A stretch of DNA of 64,000 nt from Candidatus Levybacteria bacterium RIFCSPHIGHO2_01_FULL_36_15b (GTDB taxonomy: Bacteria > Patescibacteriota > Microgenomatia > Levybacterales > UBA12049), in NCBI GenBank assembly GCA_001782045.1, contig MFNK01000003.1, positions 204,719 through 268,718 on the forward strand. Reading direction: 5' to 3'. Shown here in pieces: positions 8,350 through 18,473 of the stretch. A program made the translations under genes and the position numbers. The number at the start of each line of letters is the position of its first letter. Position 1 is the first letter of the stretch. The notes below the pieces were generated by a model. That model was not told where the DNA came from, ran no database searches, and saw nothing but the letters and a program-made list of their open reading frames with translations.

Positions 8350-10600
8350 AAGTTTTATAAATGCTAACAATTGGAGCACCCCCTGAAATAATTTGGTGTA
8401 CTAACTTATAATCTCTTTTAATACTTGAGTCGTCAAATCCTTCTCTTAAGACGTGATAATAATTTACTACAATGTAATCATACTTCTTTCCATCTTTATA
8501 GAGCTCAAGATTCAAATTCTTAATATTTGGAAAGCTTTTTGGAGGATTTACGGCTAATCCCACGTTTGACTCTTTAGGAGCATTTTGTTCTAAATAAATT
8601 GCAGCTTCTCGCATGCCATCGCCCCACCATCCCAAATGAAAATATTTTTTTTCATAAACCCCCTTCTGTCCTCCAACTAGCTCGTTATAATAATTTAAAA
8701 AATAAGGAGCATTATTTTTTACAATTATTAATAAATACGCTAAAACAATTAAAAGAATAATTATCTTAGAAAATGATGTTTTAATAAACTTAAATTTATT
8801 TTTTAGAAAAATTGTTATGGCGTATGCACCCATTCCAGCAATAATTGAAAGGGGAACATAAATTTCAATAATATAGCGTACTCCGTGCATTCTCCATGGG
8901 TAAAAAGATTGTATAAATGGAAAAATAAACCAAATAATCAAACTTATATTGATCCAGCTTCTATTTTTATCTATAAATTTTAAGCCAAGTAAAAATAAAA
9001 TAATAAGTAATAACGGCGTCGTGATAAAAAACATTGTTGGAAAATAAATAACCGGGCTTAAAATCAATTTTCCCCAAAATACTTCAGGGGGCGCAGTATT
9101 AACTAACCAGATTTTTTTATTTACTTCGGCAATATAATCAAGGTGGGTATACGGCATCGGCCAAAAGACAACAAATGTCAAAATGGATACAAATATAATT
9201 ATAAAAAACGAATAGATTATCTTCCTATTGAATAGTTTTATATTTGTTTTATTGTACAGATAATAAGTTAAGTAAAATAATCCATATAAGGGAAAAAGAA
9301 GTCCATTGGATTGTTTAGTTAAAAGAGCTAATCCTGTAATTATTCCAACTAATACTGCTTTTTTATACGAGAAGCTTCTAAGCAACCTATAAAACACGTA
9401 AACACCCAGTGTAAAGAAGAACATTAAAAAACTTTCTGTCGTTACTTGTTGCGAAAGCCCGACAAAAAATGGAAGTAGTAAAAATATAATTGCAGCGGAA
9501 AATGCTACAAATACCGATGCTAGTTCTAAAGTGAAAATAAAAACTAAAACTGCAGAAAGACTTCCAACTATAGATGAAAAAATTCTTGAATAAGTGTAAT
9601 TATAATTAAATACTGGATTGCCGCTAGAATCAAGTTTATCAACATCTAAATGAGCAGTTAGTCCATATAGATATTTAACTAAAGGGGGATGATCATAAGT
9701 AGTATAAAAAAAACTGTTTCCAAAATCCCCCACTTTTAAAAGTTCTATCATTTTATATCCTTGCTCAATATATTCAGGCTCATCCCACGTTCTTCCCATT
9801 TGATTCAAAGTAGAAATTCTTACAGATAAAGCGAGCAAAAATATCACGAGGCATAAAAAAAATTTATTTTTATAAAAAATAGGAAGTTCATGCATAATTT
9901 TCATTTTTATAACGAAGAATAAAGAATAAAATAGTTCTTTAATACTAACATTCGATTTTCCAAATTTTCTGTAATTCCAAGTAATTGGAACCTCACCTAT
10001 GCTAAATCCTTTGATATGTAGTTTATATAAGGACTCTGATAATGTAATAAATCCCTTAGACTCAATATCGCTCCTCAGAAGCTCAGCCACTGCTTTTCTA
10101 CTATATGCTCTAAATCCGCTCGTAAAATCGGTTACCTTAATGCCTAGCCAAAATCTTAAAAAAACGTTTATAAGCCTACTTAATATAGTTCTTTGTTTTT
10201 CAATATTTTTAATCTTCCCTCCCGGAAGGTAACGAGATCCAATAATAAGATCATAATTTCCTAACTCATCCTTTTCCAAGAATCGTTTAATTTCATTTGG
10301 ATCATGCGCCAAATCGGAGTCCATTTCTAAAAATAGATCTGAATTGTTTTTTCTAAATGCAATTTTGAAACCATCCAACACTGCGCTTCCCCTACCTAGT
10401 TTTTTTATTCTTGATATAAGACCTACTTGTTTATATTTATTTACTATAGATTTTATAATTCTATTCTCTTCATATGATGAATCATCGACTAAATATATCA
10501 GTGCTTCGGGATAGAGACGGTTTACTTTTTGTAGTAATATTTTGAGACTTTTTGACTCATTAAAGGAAGGAATTATTATTGAAGGAACATTATTTTTCAT
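8342..10600 (-). CDS. Fusion protein: polyprenyl-phosphate sugar synthase-like GT2 (DPM1/GtrB/ArnC type) plus C-terminal GT-C (PMT/ArnT-like) membrane domain
   Basis: Residues 1-235: IIIPSFNE, YLVDDSS, EMDSDLAHDP, GSRY, DFTSGFRAYSRK, close to the DPM1/GtrB pattern. Residues 240-752: more than 10 TM helices with a WDEPEYIEQGY loop (DE motif) and a soluble C-terminal domain. Confidence 0.75.
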   Translation of the reverse strand: MKNNVPSIIIPSFNESKSLKILLQKVNRLYPEALIYLVDDSSYEENRIIKSIVNKYKQVGLISRIKKLGRGSAVLDGFKIAFRKNNSDLFLEMDSDLAHDPNEIKRFLEKDELGNYDLIIGSRYLPGGKIKNIEKQRTILSRLINVFLRFWLGIKVTDFTSGFRAYSRKAVAELLRSDIESKGFITLSESLYKLHIKGFSIGEVPITWNYRKFGKSNVSIKELFYSLFFVIKMKIMHELPIFYKNKFFLCLVIFLLALSVRISTLNQMGRTWDEPEYIEQGYKMIELLKVGDFGNSFFYTTYDHPPLVKYLYGLTAHLDVDKLDSSGNPVFNYNYTYSRIFSSIVGSLSAVLVFIFTLELASVFVAFSAAIIFLLLPFFVGLSQQVTTESFLMFFFTLGVYVFYRLLRSFSYKKAVLVGIITGLALLTKQSNGLLFPLYGLFYLTYYLYNKTNIKLFNRKIIYSFFIIIFVSILTFVVFWPMPYTHLDYIAEVNKKIWLVNTAPPEVFWGKLILSPVIYFPTMFFITTPLLLIILFLLGLKFIDKNRSWINISLIIWFIFPFIQSFYPWRMHGVRYIIEIYVPLSIIAGMGAYAITIFLKNKFKFIKTSFSKIIILLIVLAYLLIIVKNNAPYFLNYYNELVGGQKGVYEKKYFHLGWWGDGMREAAIYLEQNAPKESNVGLAVNPPKSFPNIKNLNLELYKDGKKYDYIVVNYYHVLREGFDDSSIKRDYKLVHQIISGGAPIVSIYKTSK

Positions 10601-13253
10601 AGATTGAAATGCTATTAGGCGCTTGCACTATTGCAGATAAATAATAATTAAGATCATTTGTAAAATAGTTTAGGTATGTAAAATTAGGCACAAAAACAGC
10701 AATTTTTTTGTATCCCAAATCTGTAATTCTATTTAATATTTCCCTTGTTTCAGATCTAGATAAATGTTTTGATTTAAGTTCCTCATTTGTCAAAACTATA
10801 TATTTGGGAAAATTATTATCCTGCTTATTAATAATTTTGTAATTAAAATTCTTATAATCTTTTATTCCGTATTGGTTTAAATAAAATTCCTTCAGGACAA
10901 TATCAGGAAGTCCTTGATAAATTGGAATGTTTTCAATTCCAATTGTCGAGCCGATTTTTACATTACTTTTTAACCAACTAGATGACTTTTGCCTCGGGTC
11001 TTCTGCAAATTTTAAAAGCATCCAGGATAATGCTTGAGTCAATTGAATTATTAATAAAACCATTACTATTAGTATAAGTAAAGGTCTGCGTGTTAAATTT
11101 CTTATTTGCTGAAATAATAATCCAAAAAATATTGCAAAGAATGGTAATAGAGATAAAGCCCTATTATTTGATGCGTCAAGTTTAAGCGGAATAAGGCTAA
11201 GAGCAAATAAAATAAATGAGAGAAATAGGAAAAATGTTTCTTTTGAGATATTAATTTTTTTGTCCTTTATAAAGTCTAATAACGTTTTAGTTAATATATA
11301 CATTAGATAAAATGCGCTTATCGTAAATAAGATATAACCAAATAATGCAGGATATATATTTGTAATTAGGTATTTCCAAATGTTGTCATTAATCACAACA
11401 TTTGAGATAGTAGCTGTCGGAGTTCTTATTAAATTGGACGATATGTACTCATACAAGCTCCCTTTGCCCAGCAGAATGTCGGGAATCCCAAAGGATAAAA
11501 ATGCGATGACATATAAAAATAACGAAGCGTAAAGCCATTTGATTTTTTTTAAAGCATTAGGGGTATAGAAAACAAATAAGAATATAATCAGTACAAGAAG
11601 AGCAATTGGTTGTAGCTTAACGGACAATGCTATTGATGAAAAAATTGAAACAAACATAAGATCTATAAGAGTCGGATTTTTTATGTATCTGAACATAAAT
11701 AAAAAAGAACAAAGTGTCCAGAACATCAATGCTATGTCATATTTAAAATAATTACTTAACATTAACCAAACTGGATTAAAAACGAATACGAATGTTGATA
11801 CAAGCGGGTTAAGTTTGAAATATTTTTTGCATAAAAAGTAAAAGACTACAATACTAGCTATTCCAAAAAGAATTGTATTAAACCTAAGGATTTCAAATAG
11901 CTTAGTTTGTTCGTCGAGGTTTAAGACTGAAGATTTTATCGCAACTGGATTGATGATACCTAGAATAATAAAAGGAATAAGATATAGTCCGGATAGGAAG
12001 AAATGAAAAATAGAACCATTAGCTGAACCTTCAATATTTGGCGAGCCAAATGTAAATAAATTTCTTACAGATTGTGCTTGATGCCATTCATCCATAAAAT
12101 AATTAAACGGGTGACTAGAATTGGGTATTCCCCAACTAATCATTGCAAGCATCAATATCAAGTAAGATAAAACTAAAGCCGTAAGACTCTTATTTTTTTC
12201 CATAAAATTTATAAATTGACTGGGCCTTAGTTTCTTTAGAAAAGCTAAACTCGAACCAGTAAGAACTGCTATATCGGAAGTAAACTGGAGTAGAGGAAGA
12301 TACATAAAGGCTTTCTTTTCTTTTATATATCTGTAATTCTTATTAATTGCCCAGAGCAAATAACTTAAAAATAAAGTAAGTAATATTAAATTAAGTAGTA
12401 GTGATTTCATAATCGCCGATAACATTAGCAAATATATTGCGAAGAGATATCTTAAGAAAATATAAATAACTTTATTTCGTATAAGACCCGCTTCTATGTC
12501 TCCGTAAGCAAACCTTGTAAACATTTTGAGGGCTTGAGTAATGCTTTTTCTAGGCTCCCAATAGACTACTGCTTTTTTTTCGAATGTAATTTTAACACCA
12601 TGTTCTTTTAACCTAGTTGCAAACTCATAATCTTCATTATGAGATAATTTTTCATTAAATCTCCCAACTTTCTTCCATACTTTTTTTCTAAAGGCCATAG
12701 ATCGGGTAGCAGGAAGAAACGTATTAGGATCCACTTTATCCCTCATAACTAATACATATGGTATTAATGCTCTTTGAAAAGAACTATTTGCTTGCCCCTT
12801 GTAATATCCCGCCACCACACCTGTAGATTTCTTTTTAAAAGGAGCAACTATGTTCTCAACCCATTTCTTATCTAAAATACATCCCGCGTCTGTCGAAAGA
12901 ATTATATTTCCTTTACTTTTCTTTATTGCCTCATTTCTTCCAACCGATCTATTTCCTTTTTTAACATAAAGCTTAATATTGAGTTTAGGTAGTTTTACTA
13001 TATTTTCCTTTATTATTTCTCTCGTTTTGTCAAAACTACCCCCATCTACAAATACTATCTCATCGGGTATAACAGATTGGATAGTAATAGAATTAATAAG
13101 TTGCTGCACGGTCTTCTCTTCATTAAAGACGGTACATATTAAAGATGTTTTTAACGTAGACATAAGATTTGTTGAAATTATAACATCTCGTAGTTTAGAA
13201 TACATTAAATAAATGAATTTATTCTTACAGCTTATTCCCAACTTATCTTCCAA
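10590..13253 (-). CDS. Fusion protein: GT2 glycosyltransferase plus C-terminal GT-C-like membrane domain (likely real start near 13163)
   Basis: ICTVFNEE, FVDGGSFDKT, GRNEA, STDAG, HNEDYEF: GT2 signature. Then a large polytopic region with an MDEWHQA loop motif. The track start at 13253 overlaps the divergent gene by 41 nt; the internal Met (MSTLKTSLICTVFNEE) at 13163 is more plausible. Confidence 0.7.
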   Translation of the reverse strand: MEDKLGISCKNKFIYLMYSKLRDVIISTNLMSTLKTSLICTVFNEEKTVQQLINSITIQSVIPDEIVFVDGGSFDKTREIIKENIVKLPKLNIKLYVKKGNRSVGRNEAIKKSKGNIILSTDAGCILDKKWVENIVAPFKKKSTGVVAGYYKGQANSSFQRALIPYVLVMRDKVDPNTFLPATRSMAFRKKVWKKVGRFNEKLSHNEDYEFATRLKEHGVKITFEKKAVVYWEPRKSITQALKMFTRFAYGDIEAGLIRNKVIYIFLRYLFAIYLLMLSAIMKSLLLNLILLTLFLSYLLWAINKNYRYIKEKKAFMYLPLLQFTSDIAVLTGSSLAFLKKLRPSQFINFMEKNKSLTALVLSYLILMLAMISWGIPNSSHPFNYFMDEWHQAQSVRNLFTFGSPNIEGSANGSIFHFFLSGLYLIPFIILGIINPVAIKSSVLNLDEQTKLFEILRFNTILFGIASIVVFYFLCKKYFKLNPLVSTFVFVFNPVWLMLSNYFKYDIALMFWTLCSFLFMFRYIKNPTLIDLMFVSIFSSIALSVKLQPIALLVLIIFLFVFYTPNALKKIKWLYASLFLYVIAFLSFGIPDILLGKGSLYEYISSNLIRTPTATISNVVINDNIWKYLITNIYPALFGYILFTISAFYLMYILTKTLLDFIKDKKINISKETFFLFLSFILFALSLIPLKLDASNNRALSLLPFFAIFFGLLFQQIRNLTRRPLLILIVMVLLIIQLTQALSWMLLKFAEDPRQKSSSWLKSNVKIGSTIGIENIPIYQGLPDIVLKEFYLNQYGIKDYKNFNYKIINKQDNNFPKYIVLTNEELKSKHLSRSETREILNRITDLGYKKIAVFVPNFTYLNYFTNDLNYYLSAIVQAPNSISIYEK

Positions 13254-15027
13254 GTTAAATTATTTAATTTCTGACTATGTAGCGGTTTCAATCGATTTAA
13301 ATCCGGTTGGTATTTTTATGGAAAATTTAATTTTTGCGTCATTATTAGTAGTTATATCCTATCTTTTTGGCAAAAAAATAAAACGCGTATTTTTTAGAGA
13401 CATACTTGCTCAACACGATTTTTTTGTTTCTATTGCCCTGGGATACGTAATTTTCTCAACAGGAATTACAATGTTAGGGTTTTTTTCACTGCTTCAAAAG
13501 GAAGCTTTATACATGTACTTTGGAATTATTACTCTTGTATCTGTAATTCCAATACGAAATTTAAAAAGTGAATTGCTTCTGTTTAAAAAATATATATTTA
13601 CTTCTATCAAAAACCTAAGAGAGAATAAATTGGTCTTTATCGGAGTCATTCTATTTACTATAGTGGCACTTGTTAATTTGATTAATCCTGAAATAAGAGA
13701 AGACCAGTACCATGTTGATTTCCCTAGAATTTTTATTAGGGAGGAAACAATAATGCTTCCACCAAACGAAGATTTAAACGTTTCAGGAAGCTCTATGCTT
13801 GCTGAAATGTTCTATATCCCTGGAATAATGTCATTATCAAAGGAATCTGCAAGACACATACATTTTTTATTCTATATATTAGTATTATTTACCTTACTTA
13901 AGTTTTCAAAATTAAAAAATTATAGATTTGCTATCTATACTCCGCTAATTTTTATTACGGCTCCTGTTGTTATTCATGAAACTTCATCCATGTATGTAGA
14001 CTTTCAATGGATATTTCTATTCTTACTTTCAATCCTTTTACTAATTAATGAACGTACGAATGGCTTAAGTAAATATTTATTAATTGGGATACTTCTTGGC
14101 GGAATGTTAGCTACAAAGCTTTGGACAATAGTTCTTATTCCAATTTTGATTGTATTTACAATAATTATTTATAGAAATAACCACTTCTTCTCTATCCTAA
14201 AAAAAATAATATCGATTTTTACAGGCGTAATTTTAATTTCTGGCATTTGGTTTGTCAGAGCTTATATATTAACTGGGAACCCATTTTTCCCGGCATACAA
14301 TATTACCAACTACTTTACCTTTAATGTCAATCTTATAAATCCACTTCAAAATTTAAACGTATTTAGTACATTATTTTTTCTAGGCGTAGGACTTATTATT
14401 TTTCAGGCAAAAGACAATGTAAGAATTATAAAAAATAGTGTCATATTTGTATTGTTGTTTATTTTGTTCTTAATTTTATTAGTTATTAACTACCCTTACG
14501 GCAGGTATTTATTATCAATATATGTTCTGCTTATTTTTCTTGCATCGGTGGGACTTTATAATTGTTTAAATAAAACCCCTAGCATAAAACTTCTTGTTTA
14601 TACTTTGGTTTTTATTATATTTGGATATTACTTTTTATCTTCTGTTTTTGTACTTCCGTATACTTTTGGGATCGCAGACAAAAATAAGTATTTATCAAGA
14701 TTATTAAATAAAGATAACTCCAGTTATTATGACTTTGATCACAAATTTGCAAAGTTTATAGGCAGGGAGGAAAAAATAGCCATGTATAATTTCCATGGTT
14801 ATTACTATGCGGATTTTAGGTTTATTGACACTAATTCAATTTTTGACAAAAATGACAACTCATTAAAATTATTAAAAAAACAAGGAATCAGTAAGCTTAT
14901 GATACGAGGGGGGGATATTAAATGGTTCTGTGAGAATTTAAGTATTAAAGATTGCATAATAGAAAAATACTCACTTATCTCTAGTTTTCATGTATATCCA
15001 TACTACTATTTGTATAATATTTATTAA
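13213..15027 (+). CDS. GT-C-like polytopic membrane protein (paralog of the 1..888 gene)
   Basis: 604 aa, more than 12 hydrophobic segments, NPEIREDQYH loop, ILTGNPFFPAYN motif shared with the window-start paralog. Stop overlaps the next start (TAATG). Confidence 0.55.
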   Translation: MNLFLQLIPNLSSKLNYLISDYVAVSIDLNPVGIFMENLIFASLLVVISYLFGKKIKRVFFRDILAQHDFFVSIALGYVIFSTGITMLGFFSLLQKEALYMYFGIITLVSVIPIRNLKSELLLFKKYIFTSIKNLRENKLVFIGVILFTIVALVNLINPEIREDQYHVDFPRIFIREETIMLPPNEDLNVSGSSMLAEMFYIPGIMSLSKESARHIHFLFYILVLFTLLKFSKLKNYRFAIYTPLIFITAPVVIHETSSMYVDFQWIFLFLLSILLLINERTNGLSKYLLIGILLGGMLATKLWTIVLIPILIVFTIIIYRNNHFFSILKKIISIFTGVILISGIWFVRAYILTGNPFFPAYNITNYFTFNVNLINPLQNLNVFSTLFFLGVGLIIFQAKDNVRIIKNSVIFVLLFILFLILLVINYPYGRYLLSIYVLLIFLASVGLYNCLNKTPSIKLLVYTLVFIIFGYYFLSSVFVLPYTFGIADKNKYLSRLLNKDNSSYYDFDHKFAKFIGREEKIAMYNFHGYYYADFRFIDTNSIFDKNDNSLKLLKKQGISKLMIRGGDIKWFCENLSIKDCIIEKYSLISSFHVYPYYYLYNIY

Positions 15028-16748
15028 TGCTAGACCCTTATAGAATGATTGTGGTTAACTTAGCTCTTTTGACTGTGCTTGGTGGATGCATATTGTTCTA
15101 CAAATTATTTTTCAAAAATAAAAAGATTAATCTTTTTTATATTCTAATTTTCTTAGCGATAATATCCTCGATAAGTATATTTAGAACAGGAGCATACGAA
15201 AGTGGTGATTTTAATATTCACATATACAGAAGTATGGAATTCTATAGATCATTATCTGAGGGCATTATTATGCCATCTTGGGCAGCAAACTTAAATGCTA
15301 CATTCGGATATCCACTATTTATATTTAATTATTCCTTGCCGTATTATTTTATTTCAGCTCTTCATTTTATCGGACTATCATTCATTAATTCTTTAAAAGT
15401 GTTTTTGGCTGCGAATTTAGTATTATCCGCACTTTTTATGTATATATTTGTACAAAATAAATTTAAAAATGATCTTGCTTCGTTTGCGAGTGGTGTTTTT
15501 TACTTATTTTTTCCGTATCATCTTATTTCTGTTCATTTTAAAGTTACAATTGGAGAAATTCTTGCATTTACATTAATACCACTTTTATTCTTATTTTTAG
15601 ATAAATTCACAAGAGAGAATAAAAATTATTTCTTAGTATTAAGCGGCATTATCTTGGGATTAGTAGCTTTGAGCCATATTTTCATTTCAATTTTTCTTAT
15701 CCCAATAATATTTATGTATTCCTGGTCTTATAAAACAAAAACTATAATCGCATTTAAGATTATTCTAATCGGACTATTGATGTCAAGTTATCAGTGGGCA
15801 CCTTCTTTGATATTTAATAGTGTTTTGTTTACCAGCAAATATCCAATAGACATAAATACAATATATTTTCCATCTATTTCTGATTTAATTTATTCCCCGT
15901 GGAGATATGGGCTTTTGTTTCAAGGTCCCAAGGGTGAGATCTCTTATCTTTTGGGCTACGCAGAATTGATAATTATCGGCTTAACACTGTTTTTATCTAT
16001 CAAGAATAAATTTTCCGTTAAATATAACACGCAAATACAATTTTTTCTTGGCTTACTGTTCATGCTTGTTTTACTAATGATTCCTACTTCAAGAAATGTA
16101 TGGGATGCATTTCCACTTCTTGGCGCAGCAGGCCCTCACAGACTTTTAATACCTCTCGGATTTATCATTGCCTTGCTCTCGTCTTATATAGCAATCCTTG
16201 TAAGGGATAAAAAATGGATTTACATTTTAATAGCTTTTGCAGTTTTAACAACCTTACTCAATTGGGGACAAAGAAGAGTAATACCAGAAATAAATGACAA
16301 AATTCTTGAAAAAAACATTTCTTTAAGTACTTATCTAGGAGAATCACATTTCTATGCAAATACAAAATATGTAAACCCAAAACACCCTTGGTTTTCTAAT
16401 ATTCCTAAGAATAAAATTGAAACCATTAAAGGAAAGGCAAGTTTTTCAAGCGGAGAAAACAATTCTGCATTGCATATTTATAGAGCAAGCATCTCTCAAG
16501 TTTCGCTAATAAGTGAAAAAACGCTTTATTTTCCGGGTTGGAAAGCATATGCAAACGGAAAGCCTATTAATATTTTTCCGGGTAAAGAAGGAGAAATAAA
16601 CTTTATTTTACCTAAGGGGGATTTTAATCTTATGGTTTTTTACAAAGACGAGATTTTATTTAGATTAGTTAAGATTATTAGTATTACCAGTCTTTTACTC
16701 GGTTTTATTTATTTATTTAGATCATTCAAATTCCATAAATCTAAATAA
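15027..16748 (+). CDS. Polytopic membrane protein, possible GT-C type glycosyltransferase or polymerase
   Basis: 573 aa, many TM helices, conserved-looking loop GAYESGDFNIHIYRSMEFYRSL. Translationally coupled to the upstream GT-C gene. Confidence 0.45.
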   Translation: MLDPYRMIVVNLALLTVLGGCILFYKLFFKNKKINLFYILIFLAIISSISIFRTGAYESGDFNIHIYRSMEFYRSLSEGIIMPSWAANLNATFGYPLFIFNYSLPYYFISALHFIGLSFINSLKVFLAANLVLSALFMYIFVQNKFKNDLASFASGVFYLFFPYHLISVHFKVTIGEILAFTLIPLLFLFLDKFTRENKNYFLVLSGIILGLVALSHIFISIFLIPIIFMYSWSYKTKTIIAFKIILIGLLMSSYQWAPSLIFNSVLFTSKYPIDINTIYFPSISDLIYSPWRYGLLFQGPKGEISYLLGYAELIIIGLTLFLSIKNKFSVKYNTQIQFFLGLLFMLVLLMIPTSRNVWDAFPLLGAAGPHRLLIPLGFIIALLSSYIAILVRDKKWIYILIAFAVLTTLLNWGQRRVIPEINDKILEKNISLSTYLGESHFYANTKYVNPKHPWFSNIPKNKIETIKGKASFSSGENNSALHIYRASISQVSLISEKTLYFPGWKAYANGKPINIFPGKEGEINFILPKGDFNLMVFYKDEILFRLVKIISITSLLLGFIYLFRSFKFHKSK

Positions 16749-17782
16749 ATATTTGTAATTCTTTCCCAAGATTTAGTTTTCACCCAATTATATGCTGGCG
16801 CAGTGCTTTGCTGATTATGCTCCAAATATGACTTTATGGCTTCAGCTATTTTTCCTGAATCGTTACTAATTGCAATATACCCTGCGAAAGGAGTCATTTC
16901 TAAATAGTCTTTTTTTATTTCATTATTATAGTGTGCAAATACAGGTATTCTTGACGCCATAGCCTCAAGAATTCCTAAATATCTTGAAACAAGGGCAAAT
17001 CCGTAATTAAGAAATAATGAATCCGTATCTTGAACAAACCCTTTAAAAAATACTTTCAGTTTATGTTTTTTTGCATATTTTATTGCCTCTTCCCTTAAGG
17101 TACCGTCTCCGTAAATATCAAGCTCTGTCGCTACATTTTTATCCTTTAATAACTTAAATGCTTTTAAATACTCTAGGATACCAGTTTCATGCTCAAGCCT
17201 TCCTGTAAATATGCCTTTATACCTATTTACATTCTCTTTTACCTTAGACTCAATTAATTTTTTATCAACTGCACCGTAAATTATAAAATTTGCTTTTGTT
17301 TTATACCACTTTTCTAAAAATTTACCAACACATATATTTCCATTTGATAGAACTTCTGCCACCTTGTGCATCAAGTATGCATTAAAAGATGGTAAATTGT
17401 TGCCTTCGTAGCCATGAAATGTGACAAAATTTTTTTTAAAAGGAAAAATAAATCTAAATGGAAAGTACCAGAAGTAAACGTCATGCGCATGCACTATATC
17501 AGCATTCTTTATTAAATTTATTTTCAATAACAATTCTTTCCAAATTCTAAACTTTTTAAACCAATCGTTTCTACCGATGTCAATGGTTATAACATTAAGG
17601 TTACTATTCTCTGGCTGATTAGCGCTTAAGCTTTGTGATTGATAATTATTACTATAAGATTTTTCAGTTAGAATAGTAACTTTTATTCCCTTCTTTGTCA
17701 ACGCTTCAGATAACTTGTAAATATGCTTCTCTACTCCCCCAATATTAGGAAAAAAGGATCTTGTTAAAAAAACGACGCTCAT
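16709..17782 (-). CDS. GT4 family glycosyltransferase
   Basis: FPNIGGVEKH, IVHAHD, FTGRLEHETGILEYL, DIYGDG, LGILEAMASRIPVFA: GT-B/GT4 pattern. Start abuts the tRNA-Val 3' end. Confidence 0.7.
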   Translation of the reverse strand: MSVVFLTRSFFPNIGGVEKHIYKLSEALTKKGIKVTILTEKSYSNNYQSQSLSANQPENSNLNVITIDIGRNDWFKKFRIWKELLLKINLIKNADIVHAHDVYFWYFPFRFIFPFKKNFVTFHGYEGNNLPSFNAYLMHKVAEVLSNGNICVGKFLEKWYKTKANFIIYGAVDKKLIESKVKENVNRYKGIFTGRLEHETGILEYLKAFKLLKDKNVATELDIYGDGTLREEAIKYAKKHKLKVFFKGFVQDTDSLFLNYGFALVSRYLGILEAMASRIPVFAHYNNEIKKDYLEMTPFAGYIAISNDSGKIAEAIKSYLEHNQQSTAPAYNWVKTKSWERITNIYLDLWNLNDLNK

Positions 17783-17783
17783 G

Positions 17784-17855
17784 TGGACTCGAGAGGATTC
17801 GAACCTCTGACATCTTCAATGTGAATGAAGCGCTCTACCACTGAGCTACGAGTCC
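17784..17855 (-). tRNA. tRNA-Val (anticodon CAC)
   Basis: Minus-strand sequence GGACTCGTAGCTCAGTGGTAGAGCGCTTCATTCACATTGAAGATGTCAGAGGTTCGAATCCTCTCGAGTCCA folds as a canonical cloverleaf: 7-bp acceptor GGACTCG/CGAGTCC, D-arm TAGCTCAGTGGTAGAGC, anticodon stem CTTCA/TGAAG with loop TTCACAT, T-arm AGAGGTTCGAATCCTCT. CCA is not encoded. Confidence 0.8.
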
Positions 17856-17879
17856 TAGAATATTATACCAAATAGAAGA

Positions 17880-18473
17880 TTGACAAAGACTGTAAATGTT
17901 TGGGAAAATTACATGGTGCAAGTATTACGTAAAATATACGGCTTTCTAATTGATAGCGTACAAACATTTTTAATTGCAGCGGCAATTTTCCTAGTTATCT
18001 ACCTATTTTTATTTAGACCATACGAAGTTAAAGGAGATTCCATGTATCCTAATTTCTACGATAAGGAATATGTACTAACCAATCTTATTTTATTAAAATT
18101 TCAAGCGCCTAAAATGGGAGATGTTGTAGTTTTTAAATCCCCCGTAGAGCCTGAAAAGGATTATATTAAAAGAATAATAGGCCTTCCTGGCGATAGTATA
18201 TATATTAAAGACGGAGATGTTTACTTGAATGGAGAAATGCTTAACGAAGGCAAATATTTAAATAGTAGCGTGAAAACTCATCAGGGAGCGTTTCTACAAA
18301 ACGATGAGCAGATTACGGTTCCTGAAAACATGTACTTTGTGCTTGGAGATAACAGAGATGCAAGCTCTGATTCAAGAGAATGGGGATTTGTAAAAAAAGA
18401 TTCTTTAATAGGGGTATCTATGTTTGTTTATCTACCGATTAATAAAATGAGGATAGTTGCCAATCCCTATTAA
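17880..18473 (+). CDS. lepB: Signal peptidase I (S26 family)
   Basis: N-terminal TM helix, then GDSMYPNF (catalytic Ser box), RIIGLPGD, and GDNRDASSDSREWGFV (box E). The track start is TTG; the ATG at 17913 (MVQVLRK...) is the more likely start. Confidence 0.85.
   Translation: MTKTVNVWENYMVQVLRKIYGFLIDSVQTFLIAAAIFLVIYLFLFRPYEVKGDSMYPNFYDKEYVLTNLILLKFQAPKMGDVVVFKSPVEPEKDYIKRIIGLPGDSIYIKDGDVYLNGEMLNEGKYLNSSVKTHQGAFLQNDEQITVPENMYFVLGDNRDASSDSREWGFVKKDSLIGVSMFVYLPINKMRIVANPY

Noticed and set aside
17880-17915. TTG-initiated N-terminal extensions in the ORF track (lepB MTKTVNVWENY...; 60598..62472 starting MM)
   Set aside because: The track appears to allow TTG/GTG starts. The conserved protein N-termini begin at downstream ATGs (17913; 62469), so the extensions are probably not translated.
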